Positions 7,461 to 12,332 of a DNA stretch of 12,332 nt are shown here, in pieces. The first letter of the stretch is position 1; every line of letters starts with the position of its first letter. Made by a program: the position numbers and the translations under genes. The DNA lies in assembly GCA_051294375.1 (NCBI GenBank), contig JBJCIZ010000930.1, positions 1-12,332 on the forward strand, in the 5' to 3' direction. Source of the stretch: Paraspadella gotoi. Lineage: Eukaryota; Animalia; Chaetognatha. Below the pieces are notes generated by a model. The model made no database searches and had not been told where the DNA came from. It saw only the letters and a program-made list of their open reading frames with translations.

Positions 7461-8654
7461 AGAAACTTGACATCGGTCGGTGAAACGAGACGCTTGGGAA
7501 ACGCGACGACGCGAACGAGATGGTGAAAGAGGAGTAACTCGACGCCGGCGCCGGCGTCGCCACAAAAACCGCGCCTAGACGCCTGTCGGATGACGCTGAG
7601 ACAGGAACACGCCCACCCGACCTCCGCTGAGAATCACAGGCTTCAACCTCGTCAATTTGGGAACAAAATGAAGACGAGGACGCGATTTGGAACCGAGCTC
7701 GACTCATGCGCCACTTTTGGTGGCGAGAAGACGAAGAACCATGGACTTGGAGAGATTCGTCGCGAGATGAGGCTGAAGATCGTCAAGGAGAATGAGGATC
7801 GGAGACGTTATGGGATTTCCCGATTTCCATTTTCTTTGTTTCACAATGTTGATGAATTGAATTTTTATTGAATTAAAAATATTCCGAGTTTCATTTTGAA
7901 ATTAAATAGACAATACTGGAGCAATAAACCTAAATAAGGGAGCTATCTTAGAAATACCAAGCTGACGGAAATGTTTTTAATTTGCCGAACTATTTTAAAA
8001 ACCAAAAATCCCATTCAAAGACCGAAATTAATTTAAAAATGAACCACGTTCTTCCTCAGATTCATGTCCATCAACTCACAACGACTCGGCCCACTGGCTG
8101 TTTGCAGCGGCTGCAAAACAAAACTTTGCATAGGAAAACTCTACGGAATTATGCTCTTCTTATCTCTTCTTACTTATCAAGTTTTTTTACATGGTCAATC
8201 CTCACATTCCAGTGAGGAGAAATGTCAATTACAAATTTACCAAAATGAAACATTATGATTATCCTTGATTTTTAATAAACTATGGTGGTGGGTTAAAAAC
8301 TTCATAACATAATAATCAGGATCCTTAAAGCATTCAATCAAGACTAGTTTTAATACAAGACTAGCTTTATTAATCGATCTAATTTTAATATCACCCCAGA
8401 GTACTACTGGCTTCCTATTATTTAGTTGTCAAACAAAACTTACTGAGTACTTAACTGCGTACGACTTGGCCATTAATTATTCACGGTTTTCAGCTCTACT
8501 GTTTGACGTTATTTTGGAACAGGAACACATTCTTCAAGGATTCAACGTCCATTTACGGGCCCTTATTTAACGAAGACAACGGGGTGGATCTCCCTCCTTT
8601 CGTTTCCCATTTCAAACTCATTTGCGAATACTCGGGCACACCAAACAGGTTGAA

Positions 8655-8665
8655 AGAGGGAGAAG

Positions 8666-8734
<69 letters not shown>
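8655..8734. repeat. Interrupted (GA)n microsatellite
   Basis: Directly visible. Confidence 0.97.
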
Positions 8735-9075
8735 TTATTTAAACCTTGATGATGTCGTTCTGTATCAAACTTGATATGAAATAAACTTTTGTCAGTCTCA
8801 TTTAGGACTCTTAGACCCTCAGGTTAGCTTACATCGGCGGAAGCGATACACAGAGTCGACACAGGCCTTTTACGTATGTAACGAAAGACCGTCGAATCCG
8901 AAAAAAAAAACAAACCCAAAAAACAAAAAGACGAAAGATTTTTTTTCGCCAAAAGTCTCGCTCTGGCGACCAGCGGGTTGAAGGGGTCCTAACCCATAAA
9001 ACCGGACTTTGAATCTGTTCGGCCGCGCTCGCGGCAAAGAAAGAAACAAGTCCCTTCCGCCCGCGCGCGTGAAAT

Positions 9076-9105
9076 GAGAGAGAGAGAGAGAGAGAGATAA
9101 GAGAG

Positions 9106-9153
<48 letters not shown>

Positions 9154-9154
9154 A
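9076..9154. repeat. Interrupted (GA)n microsatellite
   Basis: Directly visible, flanked on both sides by CpG-rich sequence. Confidence 0.97.
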
Positions 9155-9339
9155 TACGCGTTCGTGGCCGGAAACGACCGGCCGCATTCCGCGATCGGCG
9201 AAAGTGAACTTTGTGACGCGTGGGCCGACGCCGAGCTTGCGAACGCTTGCCGAAGCTGGCGCGACGCTTGCCGGACCTTTGCGCCGACGCTGCCTACGCC
9301 GAACTCGATGGCTTCGAGACAATGAATAATTTCAGAGTC

Positions 9340-10150
9340 GGATCTTTTTCTCCCCATCAACAGACCGAATTTCCTTTTCCCCTCCTAACTTTTTCTCATT
9401 CTCTTCTCTCGTTTATCTTCTCTTTTTTTTCTCCTTCCTCCTCTTCCTTTTCTCTCTCTTTTCCTCGACTTATTCTCTATTTTCCCCCCTTTTCCACTTA
9501 TGATATATTTCCCACAATTCCGCTACCCAAGCCCCTTACTTACTTATTCTCCATTTCCTTCCGTATTTCCGCTCATCCCCTTATTCCCTCATACAAACTC
9601 TCCCTTTTCTCTCACCACCAGGGAAATCTGCTCAACTACCGGTGCAGTGGCGTGCTTGCCGATCAATCTCTTACAACGACAAGCTTACGAACCTGTCTAC
9701 TCTCTGGTTTCATTTTCCTCCTCCTCGCACTTTTCTCTCCGTCTTCCTCTGGGTCTGGAGAAACGCCAGTCGACCAGGATGTCCTTCGTGAAGGGTGAGC
9801 GACCTTGACAATGGCAATATGTGGTCGCCGAATGAGACCAAAATTCCTTCGCCTGACTCTATCTGTTTGTCATGTAGCTATTTCCGTTCGTTTTTCTTCT
9901 CCTTATTTTTTCTCTTTATTACCTTTTATTCGAACGTTTTGGTCCATGTATCATTAATTGACAGTGGTGCTTTAGCTTTTCCTTCTCCCTTTTTTGCAAT
10001 CAACGCGGCGCCAAAACCGCCCATTTCGTTCCTTCTTCCCTCGTGTCAATCACACAAAGGTCTCCATCTCTTTCCTTCTTGCCTCAACCTTGGCCTCTCT
10101 CCCTTCCCTTTTCCAGTCCATCCTTTCGAATGTCGATTTCTTTGACTCAA
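9340..10150. repeat. Pyrimidine-rich low-complexity block with a few interspersed balanced segments
   Basis: Strong C/T excess on the + strand. The Phe/Ser/Leu-rich ORFs here reflect this bias. Confidence 0.7.
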
Positions 10151-10802
10151 CGTAAAGCCTTTTCTCTGTTTTCGATTTCGACGACGAGGCCGCTTTCGTG
10201 CCGCCGCTACGCCACATGCAAACGCCAACGCCTACGACACTACCAGCATCACCAACGTCACCCAACGTCTCTTTTTTCCTTCTCCTCGCTTCAGGTTAAC
10301 CTCACGAGGATGGAAAGAAGCGAAAAATCGTAAAAAGACAAAAGACTCTCGCGAAATTCAGCTTCGGTCTATCTGCGGACAGGGATGGCGTGTTTCTTCC
10401 TTCAATTAGTCGAAATTCAAACATAGGTGACGTCAATCAAAAAAGATCAATATAAGTAAACCGAGCAATAAAACCCGACGAAAAAATTTTATCAATCAAT
10501 CAATCGATGAATTCAATCAAAATATTTCCCCCCCAAGGCGGAATCGTCGTCCGCGGCGCGTGTGGACAACTCTGGGACGATTTCAAACGCATCCACATGC
10601 ACGAATTACACGGGAGCACGCTGGCCAGCCAGGGAGCGGAAACGCCATGGCCGCCCCAGCCCGCCCCTCCAATCAACGGGCACCCAGACCACGCAACTCG
10701 GCATCAAACAGGTGAGAATCTAGGAAAGGATAATATAGTTTAGGTATGCAGTCTTTTGGGAAGTTAATTACGAAACAATCAAAAGCAAAACAGATACTAT
10801 TA

Positions 10803-10849
10803 CTGAAAATAATTTTTGATCTGTTATTTTAAAAAAAATGTAAACTTAC
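10803..10849 (-). other. Candidate 47-nt intron on the minus strand
   Basis: The minus strand reads ATG|GTAAGT...AT-rich...ATTTTCAG, a full match to both splice consensus sequences. Confidence 0.4.
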
Positions 10850-11309
10850 CATTTCAAAATTTACATCTCTTTGAGTCTTTTCTTCTTTCGTTTGTCTTTT
10901 CAACCTTAGCCGGGCAAATCTACCTAAAACTGAACAATCCCCCGAAAAAGAAGTGGATCTAGAACGGGCACGCCCACCTTCTCGCAACGATACGGGCGCC
11001 CCACTAAACGGGCGCCAAGCTCCATCCCGCGACGTCCCCTCCTCCTCCGGACGGGCGCCAACGCATCGTGACGCCGGGAGAGGCAACCACCCATGTCCAC
11101 CTTGCGTGACAATCTCTTCGCGAGACGCTCAGTCAGCGCATGCAACGCCCTAAACCGGGGGTTCGGCGGCGGCGGCGGCGTACTCGGCGGGCAAAACTGT
11201 AAGCCAACTCCGGGCAGCAAAAACAACGAAGCCACCACAGCAGCCCGCGCAGCGTGTGCAACAACGCCGCACGCGGCGGCAGCATGCAGCGCGGAGGCAG
11301 CGAACTAAT

Positions 11310-11336
11310 GGCGGCGGCGGCGGCGGCGGAGGTGGA
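11310..11336. repeat. (GGC)n trinucleotide repeat, with a second shorter run at about 11165-11179
   Basis: Directly visible. Confidence 0.9.
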
Positions 11337-12332
11337 AGCAGTCCGTTCATTGGTTCATCATCGGTGAAGCGAACCGCGGCAAGGTCGGCAACTTGAAACC
11401 GACGGCCACCTGCGCCGCCCCGGAAAAGATCCCCCCCGTTGTTTTTTGATGAGGAGAGTTCGTGGCGCGTCCTCTGAGATCGGGAACACACTTTCGACAA
11501 GATACCACTTCTCCCTTTTCTTTCCCCCCTCACCGCTTTTTTCATAAAAAGAAAAATAAAATCGACCCCGTCGCAACCGAGTACCCGTTTTTTTTTTCCG
11601 ATGATTTCGTTGTATTATCAACAAAACCTATTTTTGGGTTTTGGTCACGAACTTCATCATATTTTTTCGCTAGTTTACTATCAGTAGTTACAAAATCTCC
11701 AAAAGAAAACCGCGAATTCGTTCTTTGCTTATAAATTAATTGTTACACCTTGTGATGAAATATATCACTTTCTACTTAGACGAAAAAAAAAAATCAAATT
11801 TATCTTTATAATGTCACGGAATGGTACCGAACCTGGATCCCGTTGACGCCTCCTTGTTTCCGACCCGTCAAGGCCGGTACTGGGTGAGAACCCTGTCTCT
11901 CTCTTCGTCTTCGTCGAGAGGGAGGTAGGCCGCGGTTGTTTTCCGACGCCTCTCCGAACCGTCGTGACCTCCTGCACCCCGTGATGGCGTTGCTGAAGTT
12001 CCGGAGTGGTCGAAGTGAAGGAGGTGCCACCACCCTGTGACGCCGTCTTCAGTGTCCCGGGCCCATTGCGACGAAGAGACTGATAGGTCTTTATGGTCTC
12101 TAGGGAATAGGCGCTATGGCCTTAATCTCGCGTCATCTACGAAAGTTGTGACAAGGTACGTGTTTTGAGTAACAGGGCCTCATAGCCGGTAAAAAGGCAG
12201 TTTAGAGACGGGTCCTGATATATATAACACTACTCATGTATCTCATAAAGGTAATGACAACAACAATGTAAGTAATAAAAGCCAGACCTAAAAGGTCAAG
12301 AAAAGATCAAATGAACCAATGAAAGGTGCAAT

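Noticed and set aside
8064-8258. Small ORF with VCSGCKTKLC, a possible zinc-finger half site
   Set aside because: Only one CxxC, no convincing partner ligands and no recognisable family.
8806-8871. Small three-way-junction fold (GACTCT with AGAGTC, GGAA tetraloop) before TTTT
   Set aside because: The helices are short enough to be chance, and there is no hammerhead core, tRNA pattern or Pol III A/B box.
5074-10333. SLSL-, ERER- and Phe/Ser-rich ORFs (5074-5379, 6379-6831, 6532-6959, 8503-8742, 8870-9360, 9220-10145)
   Set aside because: They result from GA microsatellites and purine/pyrimidine bias, which deplete stop codons.
10712-10743. Plus-strand GTGAGA...TTTAG intron
   Set aside because: Only 32 nt, with no convincing reading frame across it.
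11093-11545. Poly-Gly and poly-Pro ORFs on both strands
   Set aside because: Explained by (GGC)n runs and high GC. I cannot choose a strand or frame from sequence alone.
12118-12180. Twister or hammerhead ribozyme (TAA..GC..GTGACAAG resemblance; CTGATAG nearby)
   Set aside because: The twister pseudoknot partners are missing and the hammerhead CUGANGA/GAAA arrangement is not met. Kept only as an unassigned structured-RNA candidate.

Overview
Eukaryotic (probably metazoan) genomic DNA. The first ~4.9 kb look like the 3' half of a BEL/Pao LTR retrotransposon on the + strand. An uninterrupted pol frame runs in from beyond the left edge, with an HHCC zinc finger, a DDE integrase core and the BEL-type C-terminal domain (stop at 1581-1583). 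No polypurine tract (PPT) or clear LTR follows pol directly. Instead there are two long ORFs (1915-3012 and 3033-4004) that an 83-nt GT-AG intron (2979-3061) joins exactly in frame, giving one 668-aa, mostly disordered protein with no Env features. After it come a region with repeated palindromes and then a candidate PPT/LTR start at about 4875-4887. The most interesting hypothesis is that this element carries a spliced accessory gene. The remaining ~7.4 kb has no recognisable protein family. It holds three GA microsatellites, a 1.25-kb purine block made of two degenerate minisatellites, a pyrimidine block, GC-rich islands with hairpins, several weak candidate micro-exons and a candidate structured RNA near the right end. 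All calls were made by eye; no searches or folding programs were run.
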